From a virus: DNA of 38,812 nucleotides. Where the stretch lies: positions 1 to 38,812 of the IMG/VR virus record IMGVR_UViG_3300019926_000031, one strand, 5' to 3'. Positions 16,000 to 25,150 of the stretch are shown one piece after another (within the stretch, counting starts at the first letter, position 1; each line of letters opens with the position of its first letter). The notes beneath the pieces are model-generated. The model saw only the letters and a list, made by a program, of their open reading frames with translations. It had not been told where the DNA came from and did no database searches. Made by a program: the position numbers and the translations under genes.

Positions 16000-16294
16000 A
16001 GCTGTAGTCGTCTATCAGGGCTTCAACATCTTCTGCGAACGATTCAACGACGTTAGCAGTTTCGTAGTGGCCGCCACTGCCTGCCTGTTGTGCCGTGTTG
16101 AGTAGGTCGCTATGGAGTTCCTGTAGGGCTTCCACGGGGACGGCGTCAACACGTTCACGGACTGCATCACGCCCGCTGAAGTGCTTTTTTAGGCCCTTGT
16201 GAGCGGCATCGGAACCCCACACACTGCCGTGATATAGGTCTTGGTTGACCATAACGGAGTAGAGTTCGGAGTCCGAAGGGTCGCTATCGGTCAT
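15992..16294 (-). CDS. Hypothetical protein (100 aa)
   Basis: ATGA coupling; VPVEAL...EDVEALI motif. Confidence 0.7.
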   Translation of the reverse strand: MTDSDPSDSELYSVMVNQDLYHGSVWGSDAAHKGLKKHFSGRDAVRERVDAVPVEALQELHSDLLNTAQQAGSGGHYETANVVESFAEDVEALIDDYSYE

Positions 16295-16488
16295 ATTTCA
16301 CCCTCAAATAACTCTGCGACCTCTTGATCTGCTGTTTCAGCACACTCTGGGCAGAGTTCGGCCTTCGATTTGGTGGTTGAATCAGTCCACCCTGTAATAC
16401 CTCTTGAAGCGTAAGAGCGGTACTTACGCCGGCATGGCGAACCTTCTCGATACTCATCACAGCGGTCGCATTTGTATGCGTCTGTCAT
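16291..16488 (-). CDS. Zn-binding protein (MTDAYKCDRC..., paralog of 13622..13984)
   Basis: CDRC...LCPEC. Confidence 0.7.
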   Translation of the reverse strand: MTDAYKCDRCDEYREGSPCRRKYRSYASRGITGWTDSTTKSKAELCPECAETADQEVAELFEGEI

Positions 16489-16491
16489 CGT

Positions 16492-16611
16492 TCAAGCCTC
16501 TGGTGGTGCAACGGTCACTATTCTATTCTGGTAGTTGATTGGGACCGTCACTTCAACCGTTTCGCCGGATTGGAGCTGTTCTAACTGTTCTGTGTTGAGT
16601 TGGACGTACAT
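16492..16611 (-). CDS. Small hypothetical protein (39 aa, MYVQLNTEQLEQL...)
   Basis: Manual translation; TAATG coupling. Confidence 0.55.
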   Translation of the reverse strand: MYVQLNTEQLEQLQSGETVEVTVPINYQNRIVTVAPPEA

Positions 16612-16913
16612 TATCGTTCAAGCCTCTCTTGCAGGGTCTTCACATCCGTTTGCAGGTCTTTCAGCCGCCCTTCAACGGTGTCTAACCTCTCATACAACTC
16701 ATCAACGTCAAACTCGACACCCGGTTCGTTGACCATTGAGAGTTGGTCTTTCAGTTCCTTGATTTCGTCCGCTGTCTCTTGGTTGGCTATATCTGAGCTA
16801 TCACCCAAAAGCCGGGCTATAACGGACTTGTAAGGCTCGTCGTCATACTGCCGTAGCTCTTTGAGTTGCTGTGCTTGCGTCTTCGTAATTTGGATTGTTG
16901 TGTGTTCGGTCAT
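16611..16913 (-). CDS. RHH/antitoxin-like DNA-binding protein with coiled coil
   Basis: TTIQITKTQAQQLKELR...YKSVIARLL pattern. Confidence 0.65.
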   Translation of the reverse strand: MTEHTTIQITKTQAQQLKELRQYDDEPYKSVIARLLGDSSDIANQETADEIKELKDQLSMVNEPGVEFDVDELYERLDTVEGRLKDLQTDVKTLQERLER

Positions 16914-16962
16914 TGATGCACCGCACGCCCACAGTAGCCGGTGAGACTATACAACCTGTGGG

Positions 16963-17217
16963 TTAGGCGAAGGTGAGTTCTGAGGTTTCAAACTGTGCAA
17001 CGCTTTCTGGGTTACACTCCTTGAGAACCTTCCGAACGTAACTCTCGGTCGGCTGATCGGTAAGGATGTTGTTGCACTCAATAACGTTTTCACAGAACTC
17101 GACAACCGTCATGTCGAGATTGTCAGCGGCTTTGTCTCGGATGTGGTTTGCTTTGTCGCCGCTCGGTCCCGCTTCGCCCGTGTAGATCGTGACGAGTTCT
17201 CGCACAGTCTGACTCAT
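16963..17217 (-). CDS. Hypothetical protein (84 aa)
   Basis: Leaderless start after the conserved promoter. Confidence 0.7.
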   Translation of the reverse strand: MSQTVRELVTIYTGEAGPSGDKANHIRDKAADNLDMTVVEFCENVIECNNILTDQPTESYVRKVLKECNPESVAQFETSELTFA

Positions 17218-17268
17218 ACCTAAACGTTATAGCGCAGGTATAATAAAGGTAACGGTTTAGCTATAACC
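17218..17268. promoter_or_regulatory. Back-to-back promoter region with an 8-bp inverted repeat GTTATAGC/GCTATAAC
   Basis: Arms 17226-17233 and 17260-17267; CTTTATTATAC box on the minus strand at 17238-17248. Confidence 0.55.
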
Positions 17269-18888
17269 ATGCCAGAACAAGACGCCACCTTAGCCGACGT
17301 GCTTGGGCAATATGCTCCGGGGACGGGTAAAGATAGATACGTCCGGTTCATCGATGAGGTTTTAGACTATCCTGTCACGGACACGCTTGAGACGATGGCC
17401 AAGTCCTTGGAACAGAACGAGCAAACCTTGGCTGTTGGGGCGAACGGACCGGGTAAGAGTTATGCAGCCGCTCTGTTGGCTGTCACAGTGCTCTATACCA
17501 ACGCCGACGTGGTTGTTCCAGTCACGGCAGGGAACGGTGACACGCTCAAGAATAGTATCTGGAAGCCAATCAAGTCTATTTGGCGTAGCACGGGCTTGCC
17601 GGGTGACTACAAGGATAACGATAGGAGCCTGCATACTGGCTTTGATGATGAGTGGTTCCTAGAGTGTCATTCACCGCGACACCCTGACGACCTTGAGGGC
17701 GACCACAACAATAACGTGGTCTATATCATTGAAGAAGCTGATAAACCCGGCGTCACTGCGGAACACATCGACTCGGCACGGTCTACGCTTGGCGACGACG
17801 ACCATATTCTAGTGATTGCGAACCCGCCGACAGATGAGACGAACGTTGTAGCGGACCTAATGCAGAATCCTGAGTGGCATAGGCTTCAATTCCCAACGTG
17901 GGAATCTCGGAATGCTCGGGTTGACCGTGGAATCTGTGACAAGGATAAGATAGGTGGCATTGCCGGCCTGAGTAAGATGCAGTCCGACTGGGCCGAGTAT
18001 CATGATTCTAGTTGGCCCGGCATTGAGAGAGTTATAGAAGTTAGCAGTCCGTACCTCACACCAGAAGGGGAACCGACTACAAAAGAGTGGGAAGCGGCAC
18101 GGGAAACTCAGCCGAACGAAGTGGTCGGTCGAGAGGGGTTGTATGATCCGAACGTCAAAGCGAAAGAGAACCCAGAGTTTCGGGCAGACCTAGATGAGCG
18201 TTGGTATAAGCGACGTGCGGGAGTTATGCCAGCGGACGGGGCAGAGAAATGGCGTCCGTGGTCTATCGCTGATGTAGAGGCAGGGTATAGTAGAGACGTT
18301 GGCTATGTTCGTGAGACGCCGGAGTGTCTTGGTGTCGACGTGGCTGATGAGACGGACAAGACTGTTGCTGTCGGGTTGCATGACCAAAAGGCAGTTATCG
18401 AATACACTAGCCAGCGGAAACTACCGGAGCAGCGCACAGAACTCTTAGAGAAAATCCGAGAGTGGCCGGACATGGATGGCAGGGTCGATGCCGTGGGCAG
18501 TGGACGGGACATAGCCCAAACACTCGCTGAACGGTTTGCTGGCTTTTCCGAGTTCGGGAATGGTGAAGTGGCTGTTGATGATGACTATCGCCATAAGTGG
18601 GACCATGGCCTACAACTCATAGGCGAATGGCTCCGCAGTGGTGGTAGTTTTGATGACGGGAATCTATACGAACAACTCAAAGTAGCCGCTCGAATCATTC
18701 AGTTCCAGCGTAACCACCTAAAAAGCCGTGGTAAAGTGATTGAAGCCACGACGAAAGACACGCTTAAGAAAGAGTTAGGTTACTCTCCAGATGAGCTTGA
18801 CGCATTGCTGATGAGTCTATACGCACGAGAAACAGATAAAGCCATCTCACGAACAACGTCAACCTATAACAAGATTACAACGCAATGA
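17269..18888 (+). CDS. terL: Terminase large subunit
   Basis: Walker A GANGPGKS, Walker B YIIEEAD, IANP coupling motif, nuclease LGVDVA...DAVG and D-ELDAL. Confidence 0.92.
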   Translation: MPEQDATLADVLGQYAPGTGKDRYVRFIDEVLDYPVTDTLETMAKSLEQNEQTLAVGANGPGKSYAAALLAVTVLYTNADVVVPVTAGNGDTLKNSIWKPIKSIWRSTGLPGDYKDNDRSLHTGFDDEWFLECHSPRHPDDLEGDHNNNVVYIIEEADKPGVTAEHIDSARSTLGDDDHILVIANPPTDETNVVADLMQNPEWHRLQFPTWESRNARVDRGICDKDKIGGIAGLSKMQSDWAEYHDSSWPGIERVIEVSSPYLTPEGEPTTKEWEAARETQPNEVVGREGLYDPNVKAKENPEFRADLDERWYKRRAGVMPADGAEKWRPWSIADVEAGYSRDVGYVRETPECLGVDVADETDKTVAVGLHDQKAVIEYTSQRKLPEQRTELLEKIREWPDMDGRVDAVGSGRDIAQTLAERFAGFSEFGNGEVAVDDDYRHKWDHGLQLIGEWLRSGGSFDDGNLYEQLKVAARIIQFQRNHLKSRGKVIEATTKDTLKKELGYSPDELDALLMSLYARETDKAISRTTSTYNKITTQ

Positions 18889-20870
18889 GTAGAACAAGTC
18901 GTGCATGGGAAGCCCTGCAAGAGCGGTTAGACCAAACTGTTGAGACGGTCACACGCAGCGCTCGGATTGATATAGTCTCTGGCGGCGTTGATGAGATTGA
19001 CCCACCCGAAGATTTAGACAAGTTTGCTGAACAGGCACGAACGACAGGGCCTGTTCGGAAGAATCTCCGGCAGTTCGTGAATGATGTGTGGGAACCCGGC
19101 TATCGGGTGACTGCCGAATCCGGGCAAACTGAAGCCTACTTTGAGGGTGGGGAGGATGCGCCTGAGGGAACGCCTGAAGGTGGCTTCCTCGCTAATGCTG
19201 GTGTGTTCGGTGGGGAACGGCACACTGACTTTTACGATTTCGGTAAGGCAACCACATGGCAGAAGTGGGTTCGTGGGACGATCCTCGTTGAACTCTTGAA
19301 GTCTGAGCCAGAGAATCCAGACAGTCCGATTACTGGCTTCTACCATATCCGGCCTGAAACAATCTACCCGCAAGTGCAAAATAATACGAATATCCTCCTT
19401 CCAGCGGACACTGAAAACCTACCGGATGATGTAGACACTGAGGAAGTCGAGAAAACCAAACGCGGGGAAGTGGCTGCGTACATTCAGTTTGATGATGAGT
19501 CAATCTTGGGCATCCGGCGTGGTGGGTTTGACCGACAGCAGATCCCACTGAGTCAAAACGACGTAATGAAGCAAGTCCTTGACCCAGATATCGGGGATGA
19601 TGCGGGGCTTGCTGACACGCAGGGCGTGTTTGGCACGTCTATCATTGAGGGTATCACCGAGGATATTGAGGAATACAAGCGCATCAAGCGAGACCGGGCA
19701 GAGGCTATATCTCGGAAGGCATACGGCGTGTGGACGGCACAGTTCAAGCCAGAGGTAATTGAACGCGGTAACACCACCGAGGTTGTTGAATGGTCTGACA
19801 GAGCAATCCAGAACGCAGAGGCAGACCTTGAAAGCATGGGGCCGGGTGACATATACACATCCGATGCGAATATCGACCTTGAAAAGTTTGAGCCGGATGT
19901 GCCAGAACTGAACCCGGTCATTCAGCAGTACATTAACATCATGCTGGCACCGTTGCCGGCACCGAAGTACATGATTGGCTTCGCTGAAGGCATCAATAGG
20001 GATGTTACCTCAGAACAGAAAGAAGCCTATCATGACCTCTTGAGTCAGGAACGCCGCTATCAGGAAAAGAAGTGGACGCCTGTACTGAGAGAGGTAGCCG
20101 AGCGACAAGGGTTAGATACTGATGGCTTAGAACTCAAGCTAGAGCCACAGACCGAGGAGAATCCGGTAAAGTCTCTGTCGACTGACGAAATTGATAGGAT
20201 GAACACCTATGTTTCAACCTTAAATGCGGCAGCAGGGCCACAGGCCGGGCCAACGGCGCTTGTTGACGCCCAAGAGTTGCTTGAAGTGCTTGACTTCCCG
20301 ACGGACGATATGGACGAACCCGAAGATGTAGTTGATGAGCTGTCGACCGAGGAAACTGAAGCGGCATGGCAGGACATCATGGGTGTAGATGCGTTAGCCA
20401 CGCAGTACAGCGAGGGTGATACAGTACAGACGCCGCAAGGGATTGGCGTTATCTCTGGTGTGTTCACAAGCTCGTTTGATGACGTTGAAGCGTCTAGTAA
20501 CAGTCCTGCATATGCTGTTGCACTCAAGGACGCACGGGTTGGAAGTCAGTTCTACAAAGCCTCACAGTTAGAAGAAGCAGAACTACCGGACGTTGATGTT
20601 GACGAACCGTCGTCCGACATTGAGGCAATGCTTGATATTGCCGCTGCAACGGATGGCGAATATGAGGCTCTTGATTGGACAATGCCGGAGTCATGGCGCG
20701 AGAGTGAAACACCTGCCCGTGTTATCTTGTTGAAGGCGTGGGCGGACATGAACGGGCAGTTTGACTGTGATGGGGCTTGTTGTATGGGCGACCTAAAGGA
20801 CGCCGAACTCTGTGCGAGTATGAAGGATGAAGTCTTGGGGACGGATGAATGGCGCGGTTGGGGTGGTTAG
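18885..20870 (+). CDS. Portal protein with a C-terminal extension
   Basis: Follows TerL; GFYHIRPE, FGTSII..., PAPKYMIG portal-like segments; extra ~155-aa C-terminal modules. Confidence 0.85.
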   Translation: MSRTSRAWEALQERLDQTVETVTRSARIDIVSGGVDEIDPPEDLDKFAEQARTTGPVRKNLRQFVNDVWEPGYRVTAESGQTEAYFEGGEDAPEGTPEGGFLANAGVFGGERHTDFYDFGKATTWQKWVRGTILVELLKSEPENPDSPITGFYHIRPETIYPQVQNNTNILLPADTENLPDDVDTEEVEKTKRGEVAAYIQFDDESILGIRRGGFDRQQIPLSQNDVMKQVLDPDIGDDAGLADTQGVFGTSIIEGITEDIEEYKRIKRDRAEAISRKAYGVWTAQFKPEVIERGNTTEVVEWSDRAIQNAEADLESMGPGDIYTSDANIDLEKFEPDVPELNPVIQQYINIMLAPLPAPKYMIGFAEGINRDVTSEQKEAYHDLLSQERRYQEKKWTPVLREVAERQGLDTDGLELKLEPQTEENPVKSLSTDEIDRMNTYVSTLNAAAGPQAGPTALVDAQELLEVLDFPTDDMDEPEDVVDELSTEETEAAWQDIMGVDALATQYSEGDTVQTPQGIGVISGVFTSSFDDVEASSNSPAYAVALKDARVGSQFYKASQLEEAELPDVDVDEPSSDIEAMLDIAAATDGEYEALDWTMPESWRESETPARVILLKAWADMNGQFDCDGACCMGDLKDAELCASMKDEVLGTDEWRGWGG

Positions 20871-21136
20871 TGTAGGCCTGATTGTGTCCCAAACCGGTCA
20901 ACGTTTTCCATCACAATATCATACTCAGGCACTTGCTCACCTTCGTCAACCGGTGTGAACGTTTCCGACTTAATCATAACCTCAAATGAATCGCGCGCTG
21001 GTTCATGCCACATTTTCACGAACTCAGCATCTTCCGGTAGGCCGTTAACAAAGCGCGTGCGGGGGTGGAACAGGTCAAGAATAAACTCTCGACCGATTAC
21101 GATACGCCGGACTTGCCTTCTATCAGCATCGGACAT
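20867..21136 (-). CDS. Hypothetical protein (89 aa), antisense insertion in the head module
   Basis: Acidic ORF with LPEDA...F..V.EGE.VP; its stop overlaps the portal stop. Confidence 0.7.
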   Translation of the reverse strand: MSDADRRQVRRIVIGREFILDLFHPRTRFVNGLPEDAEFVKMWHEPARDSFEVMIKSETFTPVDEGEQVPEYDIVMENVDRFGTQSGLH

Positions 21137-21148
21137 TGCACACTAATA

Positions 21149-22123
21149 ATGAGTTGTCACGCACATAAACATGACGCACTAAGCCCATACACGTTTGAGC
21201 GGAGCGAGAGCGAACCCACGAACACTTACACCGCTCAACAGCAATTCGCACAACGCCTAAGGGGAACACTTGCACGCATCAACGCCAAGATTAAAGAAGC
21301 AGTCGGCGAAAGAGACCTATTCAACCTCCAAGACGAAGCGCTGGCCGATGATGTACCAGATAGGGTGTTTGAGTTCCCAACGGACAGGCGGAAAATTGCA
21401 GGGTTTCTGGTTTGGCTTCGAGAACAGTTAGATGAGAACTTTCTTGCTGTTGTCGGGCCGGACAGAAACCAGTTTATACGAAAGGCCTACGCCGCTGGGA
21501 TACGGAACGCAGCAGACCAACTATCCGAGCTTGACGTAGCGTTTCTCCAAGAGGATACGGATACCTTAGTCGGGCGGCCAATCCACCGGAGTAGCCTACA
21601 GGAACTCTACACCAGAGCGTATGAACAGTTAGTTTCTGTTCGGGATGATATCGCCCAAGACGTTCGGGATATGCTCTTGAGTGGGTTCCGAGAGGGCAAA
21701 GGACCACGAGAGATAGCCCGCACACTCACGAATAGAGTGGACAGTATTGGCAAGCATCGCAGTACGATGATTGCCCGGAGTGAGGTTATCAACGCACACA
21801 GCGAAGGCACACTCACAACGGTAGAGGAAGCCAACAGAACGTCTGAGAGAGAAGCGGCAGTCACACACGGTGAATGGGATGCGGCAAATGACAGTCGGAC
21901 GTGTGCCTTCTGTAGAGCCTTAGACGGGACACGCCTCACAGTAAGCGAGATGCGAAACAATGCTGTGAACATTACTGGGAATCTCCCAGAGTCGTTTATC
22001 GGTCGCACGTTGACGTTGAAGCCGCCAGCACACCCAAACGGGAGATGTAATATATCTATCAGTATCGGGGCAACGATAGACAGGCCGTTGAATGAACGCT
22101 TGCCAAACGGGATACAAGCATGA
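21149..22123 (+). CDS. Head morphogenesis protein (SPP1 gp7/MuF-like)
   Basis: RSTMIARSEV...W....DSRTCAFC..LDG...PPAHPNGRC. Confidence 0.85.
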   Translation: MSCHAHKHDALSPYTFERSESEPTNTYTAQQQFAQRLRGTLARINAKIKEAVGERDLFNLQDEALADDVPDRVFEFPTDRRKIAGFLVWLREQLDENFLAVVGPDRNQFIRKAYAAGIRNAADQLSELDVAFLQEDTDTLVGRPIHRSSLQELYTRAYEQLVSVRDDIAQDVRDMLLSGFREGKGPREIARTLTNRVDSIGKHRSTMIARSEVINAHSEGTLTTVEEANRTSEREAAVTHGEWDAANDSRTCAFCRALDGTRLTVSEMRNNAVNITGNLPESFIGRTLTLKPPAHPNGRCNISISIGATIDRPLNERLPNGIQA

Positions 22124-22560
22124 CGGAAACAGACCACGACAAAATACGATCCATTGCAGAACAACTTTCAGGTAGAACATTGCCCGGACTAACAGACTCA
22201 ACACTCATTGACATCATCGAAGCGAACATTAGAGAGAACAGCCGCGAGAGTAGCGGTGATACGACCGTTCAGGATGACGATGATGTGCTGTTGATGGACA
22301 CAAGTGGTGGGGCTGGGACGGTCACACTCCCGGAGACAGCGGATACGGGGCGGACAGTAACAGTGGTTGATAACGCCGGCAATGCAGCCACGAACACTAT
22401 CACAGTCACGGCAACGAACACAACGGTTTTCGACCTACCGGATGTGACAATTGACGCCGACTTTGCAGTATATACGTTCCAGTTCTTCAACGGTCGGTGG
22501 ATTGTGGTTGAAGCGTTTGAGGGCGGGGCAAGCAGTCTCTTGAGTGGTGTCACGCTATGA
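22120..22560 (+). CDS. Virion/decoration protein with a beta-rich domain
   Basis: LMDTSGGAGTVTLP...VVDNAGNAATNTITV; same domain pattern in 36033..36509. Confidence 0.6.
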   Translation: MTETDHDKIRSIAEQLSGRTLPGLTDSTLIDIIEANIRENSRESSGDTTVQDDDDVLLMDTSGGAGTVTLPETADTGRTVTVVDNAGNAATNTITVTATNTTVFDLPDVTIDADFAVYTFQFFNGRWIVVEAFEGGASSLLSGVTL

Positions 22561-24737
22561 CATTTGAACAAGTCACGCCGGGGTATGCAGCCTTAGCCGT
22601 TGACAGCGGTGACGTACCCACAGAGGATAGCACGCTTGTCTCAGGCGTTGCAATCGGTGAGAACGACATTACCATAGGTGGCAGTGGAAAGCAAACGCTC
22701 TGGCCGAAGGAAACGCTCAAAGAGGCAGCAGACGCCTTAGAAGGGCAACCACTCGCAACGGACACCGACCATACAGCAGAGAACCCGAAAGCACAAACCC
22801 CGGTTGAAGCAATCGCTGGGGAAGTGGTTAACGCCGGGTATGTTGATGGCGTCGGCGTTGTCTTTGAAGCCGAACTCGATGATGAGAGTCTTGCCGACAA
22901 GGTTCGGAACGGGCGGCTTGAAGTCTCACCGCTTGTGAGCCGAGACCTTGAACCGCTTGAAGACGGTGAAGCGGCGTTCAAAGCGACGAACATCAACCGC
23001 TGGCGGGACTTAGCACTCGTAGCGAACGGGGCCGCGCCAAGCAACGAAATCACGGTCGGGGAGAACCCACTAACCGCAGAAGCGTTGCATGAGGCACTGC
23101 AAGAACTAGTCCCACCGGAGCAAGCCGCAGAGAACGCACGGCGTGGCTTAGAGTGTGTTGAAGAGGTTGAGACAGATGCAGGAGAGGCACAGGGGAGGGA
23201 CACCGCGAGAGCAATCATTGACAGTGTGGAAAATAATGAACCACTCTCAGAAGATATGGTGTCAGAGATTGCCAGCTTTGACCGCCATAGAGAGCAAGGC
23301 AATCACACCATAGACGATGAGTTTGAAGGCAATCCTTGTGAGGATAACGGCTATGTGAGTTGGCAACTCTGGGGCGGTGACGCTGGTGTTGATTGGGCAC
23401 AAGATAAGAATGAAAGCATGGCAGAGTCACAAGGCCAGAATCCAAGCACAGAGATACCCAACGCCGAAGCCCTCAAAACAGTTGCCGGTGTCACATTTGA
23501 AGATACCGACACCGGAGAGTTAGACGAAAGCGAAATCCCGAACGAAGGGTATGAAAGTCATTACCTCTACCCGGAGGATACCAAAACCGAGAGTGGCTAC
23601 CCCGTCGTTGACGCAGAGGGCAACCTTCGCAAAGGGAATGTAGACGCGGCATGGTCGCTTGGAGCAAGAGGGCGTGCATCCGAAGATGAGCACGACTCTC
23701 GGCTGATGGAACTCGCACAAGAGTTTGACAATCCCCCAGAGTGGGCTATGGATGATGCTGAGTCAATGGCGGACATGGCCGACCTAAGTAACGGCGACCT
23801 TGTGCGCTGGAATAGTGGCGGGGACAGAGACGCCTTCGGAATGGTGGAAGACACCATTTCAGAAGGGCAGTTTGATGATGAGATTGACGGTGATGTGACG
23901 GTTGAGGCACCTGCGGCGCTTATCACTGTGCATACGCCCGGTGATGACGGGTGGGAGGAAACAGAGCAACAGGTGGCACACAAACCAGACACACTTGAGA
24001 TTATCGACGAACTGCCGGACCCAGAGAGTCTTGCGAAACACGAGGAAAACATGGCAAGCGTCCCGGATAGCCTGAAGTTCGATAATCCCGGTGAAGCCAT
24101 GAGCAAGGCGCAAGGCATGGGTTTTGAGGAAATCCATAGTCACGGAGAGGGAGAATCAACTATCTTCATGCCGGGGCCAACGCATGAAGACCTGCTGTCG
24201 GAACTTGAGACCCAGAGCGATGACGGGACGCAAGAGTCTATGTCCCAGAGTTCTGTGGTTGCGGACTCCAAACTAACAATGGACGAAATTACTGATACTG
24301 ACGTGGCTGTGCTTGAAGCCGCAGAATCTCTTGATGAGCCTGTTCAGGCACTAGAGGAGTTTGCGGCCACGGAACAGCCAACGGTTGTGAACGGAGAAAC
24401 GTTTGAAAGTATGCGCGGCGTGCTTGAGGAAGCCCTGAACGAAAAGGCAGACCTCAAGGAGAGCACGATTGAAGCCCTGTCGTTTGGCGCACTCGTGAGT
24501 GAGTTCCAGAACGACGACGGGGAACTTGTTGCCGAAGCCCTCGTGCAGAATCCTGAGACAAGTCAGCCGGAAGACAACGGTGAGGAAGCCCTGTCGGAAG
24601 ATGCGGATGTTGAAAAGGCAGAGGCACTGTATCAGGATTATCAGAGCCTTGGGCTTGGCGGTGAGGGAATCAAAGACGACATTGTTGAAGCACTCGGTGT
24701 GAGTGACTTTGACGAAGCAAAAGAGGTGCTTAACTAA
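22557..24737 (+). CDS. Modular prohead protease / scaffold protein
   Basis: N-terminal protease-like domain (TDH...GEVV...EVSP) upstream of cement and MCP genes; several internal modules and an acidic scaffold tail. Confidence 0.75.
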   Translation: MTFEQVTPGYAALAVDSGDVPTEDSTLVSGVAIGENDITIGGSGKQTLWPKETLKEAADALEGQPLATDTDHTAENPKAQTPVEAIAGEVVNAGYVDGVGVVFEAELDDESLADKVRNGRLEVSPLVSRDLEPLEDGEAAFKATNINRWRDLALVANGAAPSNEITVGENPLTAEALHEALQELVPPEQAAENARRGLECVEEVETDAGEAQGRDTARAIIDSVENNEPLSEDMVSEIASFDRHREQGNHTIDDEFEGNPCEDNGYVSWQLWGGDAGVDWAQDKNESMAESQGQNPSTEIPNAEALKTVAGVTFEDTDTGELDESEIPNEGYESHYLYPEDTKTESGYPVVDAEGNLRKGNVDAAWSLGARGRASEDEHDSRLMELAQEFDNPPEWAMDDAESMADMADLSNGDLVRWNSGGDRDAFGMVEDTISEGQFDDEIDGDVTVEAPAALITVHTPGDDGWEETEQQVAHKPDTLEIIDELPDPESLAKHEENMASVPDSLKFDNPGEAMSKAQGMGFEEIHSHGEGESTIFMPGPTHEDLLSELETQSDDGTQESMSQSSVVADSKLTMDEITDTDVAVLEAAESLDEPVQALEEFAATEQPTVVNGETFESMRGVLEEALNEKADLKESTIEALSFGALVSEFQNDDGELVAEALVQNPETSQPEDNGEEALSEDADVEKAEALYQDYQSLGLGGEGIKDDIVEALGVSDFDEAKEVLN

Positions 24738-25150
24738 TGGCAGAACCTAGTGCAAGTGCGGAACTTGGCGATGCGGCGTATGGCTCTGACCCGGGGGTGG
24801 TTACCTACGAAGCAGATGAGGCTATCTCTGCCGGGGATGCTGTCACCATTGACAGCACGAATCAACTCCTACAGGCGGCCAACTCTGGTGACACGAACGC
24901 TCGCGTTGTCGGCATTGCGGCTGATGACGCCACTGACGGTGACGAAGTGGGCGTCTATGTGTCCGGTCGAGTAGTCGCAAATGTCGGCAGTGGCGTCACG
25001 GCTGGTGAAGAACTCGCCGCTAGCACGACTGACGGCCAGCTTGCGGCTGGCAGTGGTGGGCCGGTTGCACTCACTGATGCTGGTGGGGTTGCTGGCCTGT
25101 CTGCCGGGTACAGTCTTGATAGTAACACCGCAGTTGTGGAGATTCGATAA
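24737..25150 (+). CDS. Capsid cement/decoration protein (DUF2190-like)
   Basis: EAISAGDAV...VVGIA..DA..G..V.V...G pattern; lies between protease and MCP. Confidence 0.75.
   Translation: MAEPSASAELGDAAYGSDPGVVTYEADEAISAGDAVTIDSTNQLLQAANSGDTNARVVGIAADDATDGDEVGVYVSGRVVANVGSGVTAGEELAASTTDGQLAAGSGGPVALTDAGGVAGLSAGYSLDSNTAVVEIR

Noticed and set aside
22550-23302. 250-aa minus-strand ORF (also 23597..24118)
   Set aside because: Ser-rich shadows of the acidic protease gene
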